A stretch of DNA of 64,000 nt from Bacteroidia bacterium (GTDB lineage Bacteria > Bacteroidota > Bacteroidia > JANWJV01): positions 1,596 to 65,595 of the forward strand of contig JANWJV010000007.1 in the NCBI GenBank assembly GCA_025451785.1, in the 5' to 3' direction. The notes beneath the pieces are model-generated. The model was not told the origin of the DNA. It saw only the letters and a program-made list of their open reading frames with translations, and made no database searches. Made by a program: the position numbers and the translations under genes. Of the stretch, positions 20,064-28,601 are shown piece after piece. Numbering within the stretch: the stretch's first letter is position 1; each line of letters opens with the position of its first letter.

Positions 20064-21929
20064 ATGAAAAGACTTTTACCTGCACTCGCATTATTGGTCG
20101 CCACGAACAGCCTCGGACAAGGCTTCGGAACAACAGCTGCCAACTGGCCCATACCCGTGGGCGGCGTTACCAACGGCGGTAATAACTTAGGTTATTTTCT
20201 TACGGGACAGACCGTCGCTTCTTCCTACGATATAGGTTCCAAGAACTGGGTGGTGATGGACATCAACGGCGACGCGAAGATGGACCTCGTGATCACTTCC
20301 GAAAAAATGTCGAATGGATCAACCACTGTTTACAGCCCTACCAGCACCCCTTATTGGAAAGTGTACCTGGGCACTGGTACTGCATTCTCGTCCACGGTTA
20401 CTAACTGGTCTATTCCGGCGGGAGGGGCTACCCTGGGAGGAACGAATCTCGGTTTTTATCTTACGGCCATCGTAACAGCCTCTTCCTACGACGTTGGCTC
20501 CACCAATTGGGTGGTGATGGATATGAACGGTGATGCGCGCCCTGACCTGGTGATCACTTCCGAAAAAATGTCGAACGGCAATACCACTGTGTACAGTCCC
20601 ACCAGCAATCCTTACTGGAAAGTGTACCTCAATACCGGAACATCCTTTTCTTCGATCCCTACCAATTGGCTGGTGCCTGTAGGCGGGCAGATCAATGGAG
20701 GGACCAACCTCGGTTTTCGTTTCACCGCCAACACCTCAGCCTCTTCCTATGATATAGGCACTACCAACTGGGAGCTATTAGACCTTAACGCCGACAACAG
20801 GCCTGACCTGGTGATGTACTCTGAAAAAATGTCGAACGGCAATACCACTGTTTACAGCCCAACCAGCAGCCCTTACTGGAAAATATACCTCAATACCGGC
20901 AGTGCCTTTTCATCGTCGGTTACCAATTGGCCGGTACCGGTTGGCGGGCACATCAGCGGCGGGGTGAACCTGGGCTTCCGGTTCACCGCTTCATCATCGG
21001 CGCCTTCGTACGATATCGGCACCACCAACTGGGAGCTGGTTGACATGAACGGCGACAAGCGGCCCGACCTATTGGTGTACTCTGAAAAAATGTCGAACGG
21101 CAACACCACCATTTACAATCCCACCAGCAGCCCCTACTGGAAGATCTACCAAAATACAGGAACCGGTTTCCAAACTTCATCAAGCAATTGGTCGGTGCCG
21201 GTGGGCGGACATATATTCGGGGGAGCGAGCATGGGCTACCGCTACACCGCATCCACTATTGCGGCTTCCTACGACATCGGCTCCACTAACTGGGAGTTAG
21301 TAGACATGAACGGTGATGCCAGGCCCGACCTGGTGATCAACTCCGAAAAAATGTCGGGCGGGCTCACCACTATATACAGTCCCAGCAGCAATCCGTACTG
21401 GAAAGTGTATTTCAACACCGGCAGCAACTTTGCCGGAGCTTCCAGCAACTGGCCCGTGCCTGTAGGTGGTATTATCAGCGGGGGCAACAACCTGGGATTT
21501 TTTCTTCCGTATGCTACCACAGCCACTACCTACGACCTGGGATCGCACAACTTCCAGGTATTTGACATTAACGGCGACACGAAGCCCGACCTGGTGATCA
21601 CTTCCGAGAAAATGTCGGGCGGCACCACGGTGTATAGTCCCGCCAACAACCCTTACTGGAAAGTATACATCAATACAGGGCTAAGTTCCGTAGCGGAACA
21701 AGCAGGCAGCGACTTTAGTGTTTATCCCAACCCTTTCAACGACAGGATAACATTAGAATGCGATAAAGGAACTGCTGTTTTATACAACGTGCTTGGAGCA
21801 AAAGCAGGCGAATGGCAGCTTTCAGCAGGCAGCAACGAGATCAAAACAGGGTCGTTGCCGCGAGGCATCTATTTCATAACGATCAATACCGAAACCATAT
21901 CCTTCAGCAAAAAGCTGGTAAAGGAATAA
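20064..21929 (+). CDS. secreted FG-GAP-like repeat protein (6 x 87 aa) with T9SS CTD
   Basis: Signal peptide MKRLLPALALLVATNSLGQG at the ATG at 20064 (the track start at 19920 is an extension). Six units contain DxNGDxxPDLV...PYWKVY.NTG. CTD VYPNPFNDRITL...GIYFITI. Confidence 0.8.
   Translation: MKRLLPALALLVATNSLGQGFGTTAANWPIPVGGVTNGGNNLGYFLTGQTVASSYDIGSKNWVVMDINGDAKMDLVITSEKMSNGSTTVYSPTSTPYWKVYLGTGTAFSSTVTNWSIPAGGATLGGTNLGFYLTAIVTASSYDVGSTNWVVMDMNGDARPDLVITSEKMSNGNTTVYSPTSNPYWKVYLNTGTSFSSIPTNWLVPVGGQINGGTNLGFRFTANTSASSYDIGTTNWELLDLNADNRPDLVMYSEKMSNGNTTVYSPTSSPYWKIYLNTGSAFSSSVTNWPVPVGGHISGGVNLGFRFTASSSAPSYDIGTTNWELVDMNGDKRPDLLVYSEKMSNGNTTIYNPTSSPYWKIYQNTGTGFQTSSSNWSVPVGGHIFGGASMGYRYTASTIAASYDIGSTNWELVDMNGDARPDLVINSEKMSGGLTTIYSPSSNPYWKVYFNTGSNFAGASSNWPVPVGGIISGGNNLGFFLPYATTATTYDLGSHNFQVFDINGDTKPDLVITSEKMSGGTTVYSPANNPYWKVYINTGLSSVAEQAGSDFSVYPNPFNDRITLECDKGTAVLYNVLGAKAGEWQLSAGSNEIKTGSLPRGIYFITINTETISFSKKLVKE
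20142..21680 (+). repeat. six tandem ~261-bp coding repeats
   Basis: 87-aa period running from NWPIPVGG to PYWKVYxNTG. The boundaries are approximate. Confidence 0.8.
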
Positions 21930-22005
21930 GAGCTTAAAACTTAGTTTACGGTTAGGGGCTTACATGGAAGCCGTGGTATATTTACACAATAGAAAAAACC
22001 ACAAC

Positions 22006-23886
22006 ATGAAAAAGCTATTAACCATCGCAGGCGCATTTTTTTCGTTCAGTAGTTTCGGGCAAGGCTTCCCCTCCACTCCCATTAACTGGTCAACACCTGT
22101 TGGCGGCTATTACATAAGTGGTACGGGCTATGGCTACAACTCCACCTTTCGGAGCACCAATCAAACTGTGTACGCCAACAACCAGAACTGGAGCACCATG
22201 GATATGAACGGCGATGGAAAGGCCGACCTCGTGGTTTGCGCACAAGCCAATGTAGATGGTGAAACACCTAAGATATTCAACCCTTCAAGCCCCTATTGGA
22301 AGGTTTACCTTGGCAACGGTACCGCTTTCGCTTCAAGTCCTATTAATTGGCCAACACCCGTCGGCGGCATGTATATCAGCGGCGTGAATTATGGATACAA
22401 TACAACATCGTACAGTACCAATCAAACTGTTTACGCCAATAACCAGAACTGGAGCACCATGGACGTGAATGGCGACAAGAAACCCGACCTCGTGGTGTGC
22501 GCGCAAGCCAATGCCGATGGTGAAACGGCGAAGATATTCAACCCTTCAAGCCCTTACTGGAAAGTTTACCTGAATACAGGTTCAGGATTCTCTTCCAGCG
22601 TTACCAATTGGTCAACACCTGTCGGCGGTATGTATATCAACGCAGTGAACTACGGTTACAATGCTGCTTCGTACAGCACTAATCAAACTGTTTACGCCAA
22701 TAACCAGAACTGGAGCACCATGGATATGAATGGCGATAATAAACCCGACCTCGTTGTGTGCGCGCAAGCCAATGCTGATGGTGAAACGGCGAAGATCTTC
22801 AGCCCTTCAAGCCCCTACTGGAAAGTGTACCTAAGCACAGGTTCAGGATTCTCTTCCAGCGTTACCAATTGGTCAACACCTGTGGGCGGCATCTACATCA
22901 ACGCGGTGAACTATGGCTACAACCAAACTTCGTACAGCACTAATCAAACAGTGTACGCCAATAACCAGAACTGGAGCGCTATGGACATGAACGGCGATAA
23001 CAAGCCTGACCTGGTGGTTTGCGCTCAAGCAAATGTTGATGGAGAAATGGCGAAGATCTTCAGCCCCTCGAGCCCTTACTGGAAGGTTTACATCAATTCA
23101 GGTTCGGGATTCTCTTCCAGTGTCACCAATTGGTCAACACCTGTGGGCGGAATATACATCAGCGGAGTAAATTATGGACTCAATTCAACTGCCTATATCG
23201 CCAATTTCACTGTTTCCGCCAATTCACAAAACTGGAGCACCCTCGACATGAACGGCGACAATAAACCCGACCTGGTAGTTTGCGCTCAAGCAAATGTTGA
23301 TGGAGAAATGGCGAAGATCTTCAGCCCCTCGAGCCCTTACTGGAAAGTTTACATCAATTCAGGTTCTGGATTTTCCTCTTCTGTTACCAATTGGTCAACT
23401 CCCGTTGGCGGCAAGTACATCAGCGGAGTAAACTATGGGCTCAGTTCAACTGACTATACCGCCTCTTTCACTGTTTCCGCCAATTCACAAAACTGGAGTA
23501 CCATGGACATGAACGGCGACAATAAACCTGACCTGGTGATATGTGCGCAAGCCATCGCTGACGGGCAGGTGCCGAGCATTTTCAGTCCTTCATCAAACCC
23601 TTATTGGAAAGTGTACCTTAATAACGGGCTTATCGGTGTGAACGATCTCAATGAAGAAGCTATTGCGATCTATCCCAACCCTTTCAACGACAGGATAACA
23701 TTGGACTACAATAAGGGAACTGCAACCTTATACAATATATTGGGCGAGGTGAACGGCACCTGGCAGCTGACCGAAGGCAAGAATGAATTAAATGTTGCCG
23801 ATATAGCCGCCGGGATCTATATCCTGCAACTGATAAATGAGCAGGGTAAGGTGGCAACAAAAAAGTTACTTAAGGAGCTCCGCTAG
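22006..23886 (+). CDS. secreted FG-GAP-like repeat protein (6 x 87 aa) with T9SS CTD, paralog of 20064-21929
   Basis: Signal peptide MKKLLTIAGAFFSFSSFGQG at the ATG at 22006. Six units contain DMNGDNKPDLVVCAQAN.DGE..KIF.PSSPYWKVY. CTD IYPNPFNDRITL...GIYILQL. Confidence 0.8.
   Translation: MKKLLTIAGAFFSFSSFGQGFPSTPINWSTPVGGYYISGTGYGYNSTFRSTNQTVYANNQNWSTMDMNGDGKADLVVCAQANVDGETPKIFNPSSPYWKVYLGNGTAFASSPINWPTPVGGMYISGVNYGYNTTSYSTNQTVYANNQNWSTMDVNGDKKPDLVVCAQANADGETAKIFNPSSPYWKVYLNTGSGFSSSVTNWSTPVGGMYINAVNYGYNAASYSTNQTVYANNQNWSTMDMNGDNKPDLVVCAQANADGETAKIFSPSSPYWKVYLSTGSGFSSSVTNWSTPVGGIYINAVNYGYNQTSYSTNQTVYANNQNWSAMDMNGDNKPDLVVCAQANVDGEMAKIFSPSSPYWKVYINSGSGFSSSVTNWSTPVGGIYISGVNYGLNSTAYIANFTVSANSQNWSTLDMNGDNKPDLVVCAQANVDGEMAKIFSPSSPYWKVYINSGSGFSSSVTNWSTPVGGKYISGVNYGLSSTDYTASFTVSANSQNWSTMDMNGDNKPDLVICAQAIADGQVPSIFSPSSNPYWKVYLNNGLIGVNDLNEEAIAIYPNPFNDRITLDYNKGTATLYNILGEVNGTWQLTEGKNELNVADIAAGIYILQLINEQGKVATKKLLKELR
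22084..23626 (+). repeat. six tandem 261-bp coding repeats, units 4/5 near-identical
   Basis: A 68-nt identical run at 23017-23084 and 23278-23345, offset exactly 261 nt. Confidence 0.85.
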
Positions 23887-24960
23887 TTTCTTTTCGTATT
23901 CCTCGCCGTGCAGGTTCTTGGCGACGATCTTTCCTTCCTTATCAATGAGCAGGTTGGAGGGAAGGGCATTGATGCCATACTGCTTCAGCGCGGTATTGCT
24001 CCAGCCTTTGAGATCGCTTACGTGGGTCCAGGTTAGCTTATCATCTTTTACCGCCTTCACCCATTTTTCTTTTTTGGTATCGGCTGACACGCCAAATACT
24101 GTGAAGCCCTTATCGTGATATTTTTCGTAAGCCTTTACAATATTGGGATTCTCCCTACGGCAAGGCCCGCACCAGGAAGCCCAGAAATCGAGAAGCACCA
24201 CCTGGCCTTTGAACGAGGAAAGCGATACTACTTTACCTGTGCTGTCGCTCATGCTGAAATCGGGAGCCATCGCTCCAACGCCGGTGATCTTCGCAAGGTC
24301 AACCGCTTCCTTCAGCCTTTTTCCATGCATGCTATTCTGAACCGCAGGAGTAAGCGCGTTATAAACGGGGTCAAGTTCATTGGCCTCAGGGTAATAAAAA
24401 TTACTTTTCACCGCCCATGGCCCGATCACTGAAGTAGGGTTCTTTATAGCGAAATCTTTAATAGCCACAAGCCGTGGCTTGCCCAGTTCATCATATACTT
24501 TGTCAATGCTGTCGCGCAGCATCGCGGCGTTAGGAGTCTTGTCGTCGATCTTCCGGTATTCGGTCAGCACTGCTGATAGTTTTTCGTCGTAAGGTTTCAG
24601 GGCGTCACAAAAGGCGAGGAACTCTGTTTGCGCTTTAGTGCCGCTGGCAGTGAGCTTTCCCATTTCGTCGGCCTTGCCAATTAAAATGGTAGTGCCACCT
24701 TCCGCAAAAAAACTTGCCGAACCCTTTTTCCTATCCGCCCCACGCAAGTAATACATATTTGCTTCCTGGTTCAAAAGCCTGAACATAAATGAGCCTCCTT
24801 TCACCTTTGTGGAATCGCTCTTCCATTCCGTACCATCATTGTAGCTAAGGTATACCCAGCCATTGTCAAGGCCTTCGAGCTTGCCTTTGATGATAGTTGG
24901 ATCCTGCGCAAGCGGCGCAGTCACAAGGCAGCCTATAATAAAACCGGAAAGGAAGTTCAT
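23866..24960 (-). CDS. TlpA-family thiol:disulfide oxidoreductase with N-terminal DUF4369-like domain
   Basis: Canonical FWASWCGPC active site in the C-terminal thioredoxin domain. Its 3' end overlaps the convergent gene by 21 nt. Confidence 0.85.
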   Translation of the reverse strand: MNFLSGFIIGCLVTAPLAQDPTIIKGKLEGLDNGWVYLSYNDGTEWKSDSTKVKGGSFMFRLLNQEANMYYLRGADRKKGSASFFAEGGTTILIGKADEMGKLTASGTKAQTEFLAFCDALKPYDEKLSAVLTEYRKIDDKTPNAAMLRDSIDKVYDELGKPRLVAIKDFAIKNPTSVIGPWAVKSNFYYPEANELDPVYNALTPAVQNSMHGKRLKEAVDLAKITGVGAMAPDFSMSDSTGKVVSLSSFKGQVVLLDFWASWCGPCRRENPNIVKAYEKYHDKGFTVFGVSADTKKEKWVKAVKDDKLTWTHVSDLKGWSNTALKQYGINALPSNLLIDKEGKIVAKNLHGEEYEKKLAELLK

Positions 24961-25001
24961 GAAATGAAGTTTGGTTACGGCAAATATAATGAATGCAGGC
25001 T

Positions 25002-26222
25002 TTAATCCGCAATGACAAGCCGTTCGCTTAAAATAGTTGAGCCAACTTTCACTTTCAAAATATAAGTGCCGCGTGTCAGGGAAGAAGTATTGACAGCGAT
25101 ATCCCCCGAAGCCAGGCCTGGATGAACAAAGAGCGTCAGCTTACCTGAAGCATCGTAGATCATGACAGAAAGATTTTCCTTATCCTGGTTTTCCACCCTA
25201 ACAGTAATTTGGTCGCTCGCGGGATTCGGGTAAAGCAATAGCGTTGCCTCTGAAAGTCTTTCCTTAAGTCCTACAATGCCAAGCGGATCAAATTCCCACA
25301 TTTCATTATAGTATATGTAATTGCAATTTGATTCAGTAAAGCCAAGACCAAAGTACCCTTTGTTCCCTATTGAAAACGCCGCAAAACCATATTCGGCGCC
25401 CTGTCCGGGAAAGTCCGTTTGCTGTGACCATTTATTACTTTGAGGATCATATTCCCAAAAGTCCTTATAGTTAGAAGAATTAGCGCTCCCTATCCCAATG
25501 TAAGCCCTGAAGCCTATGGCAAAGGCCCTGCCCCCTGCCATCGTTCCTAAGGGGAAATTATTTTTCCAGGTCCACTTATTTGAATTAGGATCGAACTCCC
25601 ACAGATCGCTGTACCAGGTTTCCGACATGCCCGACTTATTAAAACCACATCCTAAGTATCCTTTCGTATCAACCGAAAAACCTATAGCGCTCCACCTGTT
25701 CGCTTTGAAATCCGCTTTTTTAAACCAAAGGTTTTTGACAGGATCGAATTCCCAAAAATCTTTGTAAGCGGTATCCGAGTCCACTCCTGTGCCGAGGTAC
25801 CCCCTATTCCCAATAGAAAATCCAATGGCATCGGTTCGTGCTGCCCCGGGAAAGTTTGCTCTTTGCACCCATTTATTGCTGAAGGGATCATACTCCCAAA
25901 AATCTTTGGTGTAACCGTTCAGGTCCTCACCTGTTCCAATATAACCCTTATTCCCTATAGAAAAACCCACAGCGCCAGCGCGTGAACTTCCGCCAAAATC
26001 TGCCTTTTGTGTCCAGGTATCATTTTGAGGGTCGTACTCCCAAAGGTCATTATAGGTGTTGTTATCATCGTAACCGGCACTAACATAACCCTTTGTTGTG
26101 GTAGAAAAAGTGACTGTTCCTGTTCTGCCACTGTTAAAGTCCTTCTTTTTGGTCCAGGCGCCCTGAGGCATCGCCTGTAAGGCGAACAGGATCGCAAAGA
26201 TCAATGCTATATTTTTCCTCAT
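25002..26222 (-). CDS. Kelch-like beta-propeller protein with T9SS CTD
   Basis: Signal peptide. About 6 units of DFWEYDPxxNKW...ADFxG..R..AxGFSIGNKGYxGxG. CTD LYPNPASDQITV...GTYILKV. Confidence 0.75.
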   Translation of the reverse strand: MRKNIALIFAILFALQAMPQGAWTKKKDFNSGRTGTVTFSTTTKGYVSAGYDDNNTYNDLWEYDPQNDTWTQKADFGGSSRAGAVGFSIGNKGYIGTGEDLNGYTKDFWEYDPFSNKWVQRANFPGAARTDAIGFSIGNRGYLGTGVDSDTAYKDFWEFDPVKNLWFKKADFKANRWSAIGFSVDTKGYLGCGFNKSGMSETWYSDLWEFDPNSNKWTWKNNFPLGTMAGGRAFAIGFRAYIGIGSANSSNYKDFWEYDPQSNKWSQQTDFPGQGAEYGFAAFSIGNKGYFGLGFTESNCNYIYYNEMWEFDPLGIVGLKERLSEATLLLYPNPASDQITVRVENQDKENLSVMIYDASGKLTLFVHPGLASGDIAVNTSSLTRGTYILKVKVGSTILSERLVIAD

Positions 26223-26227
26223 GATAC

Positions 26228-26647
26228 TTATTCTATAATTACCTCTATCCCTTCGATCTTCATTATTTTCCCGTTTGCCTTTTCCACTTTCACATTTTCG
26301 AAATATACTTTGCCGCCGGGCTTGAGCTCGTGTTTGATAACGCCCCGCAGCTCTTTTGAGAACTCAGGTGAAGTGGCTGTCTCAAGCACGATGAACATGT
26401 TCTCTTCCCTGCCATCCTCGATACGTGGTTTAGTATAGGTCACATCGTAGCTGATGATCTTCAGCTTCTTATCGCTAGCCTCCAATTTCCCTACATCCAG
26501 GAGGTCATCGGCGCTTATTCTTGCATAGCCTTTTTTGCCATCGATGGTCGCATACACCATCTTCGGCGGTTTCGCTTCCTGTGCGTTGATCGCTGTTCCC
26601 GCGAATGCCATCATCAGCACCAGCAGCCATCCTTTACTTGCTTTCAT
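26228..26647 (-). CDS. hypothetical secreted protein (139 aa)
   Basis: Signal peptide MKASKGWLLVLMMAFAGTAINAQ. It sits 5 nt upstream of the Kelch-like gene. I do not recognise a family. Confidence 0.55.
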   Translation of the reverse strand: MKASKGWLLVLMMAFAGTAINAQEAKPPKMVYATIDGKKGYARISADDLLDVGKLEASDKKLKIISYDVTYTKPRIEDGREENMFIVLETATSPEFSKELRGVIKHELKPGGKVYFENVKVEKANGKIMKIEGIEVIIE

Positions 26648-26819
26648 AATTGTTGTTATTAGTTATGAAGCAAAACTATTTCGTAAACGGAGGGCATTCA
26701 AACCAGAATTACCGTAAACTTCCAGTTCTAAGGAATGGCTAAGGATTAACAGGAAATGGGAAATTGAAGCGATTTGAGGCAAATTAATATTACCTTTACG
26801 ACCCTTCATTAAACTAACA

Positions 26820-28097
26820 ATGGGTTGTAACGGATGTACCAGCGGAAGAGGATGCAGCACGGCCAGCAGTGGCCTGCCGGGCGGATGCCGTAATAACGGC
26901 AGCTGCGGTGTAGGAGGCTGCAACAAATTGAACGTGTTCGACTGGCTCAGTAATATGGAGCTGCCTACCGGCCAGCCCGGTTTCGACTGTGCGGAGATCC
27001 GCTTTAAGAACAGCCGCAAGGAATTTTTCCGCAACGTAAATAACCTGCCTTTGCAAGTGGGCGATGTGGTGGCCACTGAGGCTTCCCCTGGCCACGACAT
27101 CGGCGTGGTATCAGCCATCGGCGAGATAGCGCGCATGCAGATGAAGCGCAAGGCCGCCGCCGTGAAGCCTGAAGAAGTACGTAAGATCTATCGCAAGGCA
27201 AAGCCCAGCGATATCGACAAGTGGAAGGAAGCGCAGCAGGCAGAATTCGACACCATGCACCGCGCCCGCAAGCTGGCCATCGGCCTGAAGCTGGAGATGA
27301 AGATCAGCGACGTGGAGTTCCAGGGCGATAAGACCAAAGCTATTTTCTATTATACCGCCGAAGAGCGCGTGGATTTCCGTGAGCTGATCAAACGCATGGC
27401 GGACGAATTCCGTATTCGTATTGAGATGAAACAAATAGGCGCAAGGCAGGAAGCCAGCCGTCTTGGGGGCATCGGCTCCTGCGGCAGGGAACTGTGCTGC
27501 TCCACCTGGCTCACCGACTTTCGCTCGGTATCTACCAGCGCCGCTCGTTACCAGCAGCTTTCGCTCAACCCGCTGAAGCTCGCAGGGCAGTGCGGCAAGT
27601 TAAAATGTTGTCTCAATTACGAGCTCGACAGCTATATGGACGCCCTCAAGGATATTCCCGATTCAAACGTGAAGCTGGAATCATTGCGCGGAAGGGCCTT
27701 CCATCAAAAGACCGATATTTTTAAGCGCATGATGTGGTTCTCCTATCCCGACGAACCGGATAATTTCATTCCCCTTACCATTGACCGTGTAAAGGAAGTG
27801 CTGGAGATGAACAAGAACGGCACGAAGCCCGATGAACTGGGGGTGAAGATGAAGGAGGCCGTTATTGAAAAAGCTCCCGATTACGAAAACGTGGTGGGAC
27901 AAGACAGTCTAACACGCTTCGACAACAAGAACAAGAACAAAAAGAAACGTAAGGGCGGCGGCAAGAAACGTTTTAACAACAAGCCCGGCACCGAGAACAA
28001 GCAAGGCGGTGGCGGCGGCAATAATAATAACCGGAACCGCAACAGGGGCGGTGGCGGCGGTAACAGGAACCGCAATAATCCTCCTCCGAAGAGTTGA
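26820..28097 (+). CDS. PSP1 domain protein (RicT/YaaT-like) with Cys-rich N-terminus and G/N/R/K-rich tail
   Basis: MGCNGCTSGRGC...GGCNKLNVFDWL N-terminus. The PSP1 core has GSCGRELCCSTWL and GQCGKLKCCLNYE. The tail is KKRKGGGKKRFNN...GGGGGNNNNRNRNRGGGGGNRNRNN. Confidence 0.85.
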   Translation: MGCNGCTSGRGCSTASSGLPGGCRNNGSCGVGGCNKLNVFDWLSNMELPTGQPGFDCAEIRFKNSRKEFFRNVNNLPLQVGDVVATEASPGHDIGVVSAIGEIARMQMKRKAAAVKPEEVRKIYRKAKPSDIDKWKEAQQAEFDTMHRARKLAIGLKLEMKISDVEFQGDKTKAIFYYTAEERVDFRELIKRMADEFRIRIEMKQIGARQEASRLGGIGSCGRELCCSTWLTDFRSVSTSAARYQQLSLNPLKLAGQCGKLKCCLNYELDSYMDALKDIPDSNVKLESLRGRAFHQKTDIFKRMMWFSYPDEPDNFIPLTIDRVKEVLEMNKNGTKPDELGVKMKEAVIEKAPDYENVVGQDSLTRFDNKNKNKKKRKGGGKKRFNNKPGTENKQGGGGGNNNNRNRNRGGGGGNRNRNNPPPKS

Positions 28098-28099
28098 AC

Positions 28100-28567
28100 A
28101 TGAAGATCCATTTGTGGTTTGTGGTTTGTGGTTTGTCGTTGTTGTTTGTTGCCTGCGACAGCAGAAGAATTTACGAAGAGAACAGAGAAATTCCCGAGAC
28201 CGGCTGGGATGTAAAGAACAAGATCAACTTCGAGGTGGACATCAAAGACACCCTCATGCTGCACAACTTCTACATCAACGTGCGCAATTCCGACGGTTAC
28301 CCTTTCAGCAATCTTTTCCTTTTCATCAAGACCACCAATCCCGATGGCTACGCCAAGATGGACACTTTTGAAGTGGTGCTGGCTGATGACAATGGCAAAT
28401 GGACCGGCAGCGGCATCGGCGACCTTTGGGACAACCAACGCCTTTGGAAGACCAATGTGCGTTTTCCCAAGTCGGGCAAATACACTTTTACCTACGAGCA
28501 GGCCATGCGTAACGAGATATTGCCGCTGATATTGGATGTTGGATTGAGGATAGAGAAGGTTCAGTAA
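28100..28567 (+). CDS. gldH: gliding motility lipoprotein GldH
   Basis: About 155 aa. Lipobox LLFVAC-D. NVRNSDGYPFSNLFLFI and YEQAMRNEILP...VGLRIEK match my recollection of the GldH pattern. The ATG at 28100 is preferred over the TTG at 28094. Confidence 0.8.
   Translation: MKIHLWFVVCGLSLLFVACDSRRIYEENREIPETGWDVKNKINFEVDIKDTLMLHNFYINVRNSDGYPFSNLFLFIKTTNPDGYAKMDTFEVVLADDNGKWTGSGIGDLWDNQRLWKTNVRFPKSGKYTFTYEQAMRNEILPLILDVGLRIEKVQ
28111..28138 (+). repeat. heptanucleotide tandem array (TTTGTGG x3 + TTTGTCG) in gldH signal-peptide codons
   Basis: Read directly. It starts 11 nt after the gldH ATG. Confidence 0.9.
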
Positions 28568-28569
28568 AC

Positions 28570-28597
28570 AGTAGGCGGTAGGCAGTAGGCAGTAGGC
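28570..28597 (+). repeat. heptanucleotide tandem array (AGTAGGC x4, one G variant) in gldH-gltX spacer
   Basis: AGTAGGC GGTAGGC AGTAGGC AGTAGGC. It ends 4 nt before the gltX ATG. Confidence 0.9.
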
Positions 28598-28601
28598 AAT
28601 T

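Noticed and set aside
23866-23886. 21-nt overlap of the convergent 3' ends of the FG-GAP-like gene and the TlpA gene
   Set aside because: The overlap is real but unremarkable. There is no hairpin beyond the short GGAGCTCC palindrome, so it is probably just compact gene packing.
27995-28085. Trinucleotide-like microsatellite (GGC/AAT/AAC runs)
   Set aside because: It is in frame and encodes the G/N/R-rich tail of the PSP1 protein. It is treated under that finding and is not a separate repeat element.
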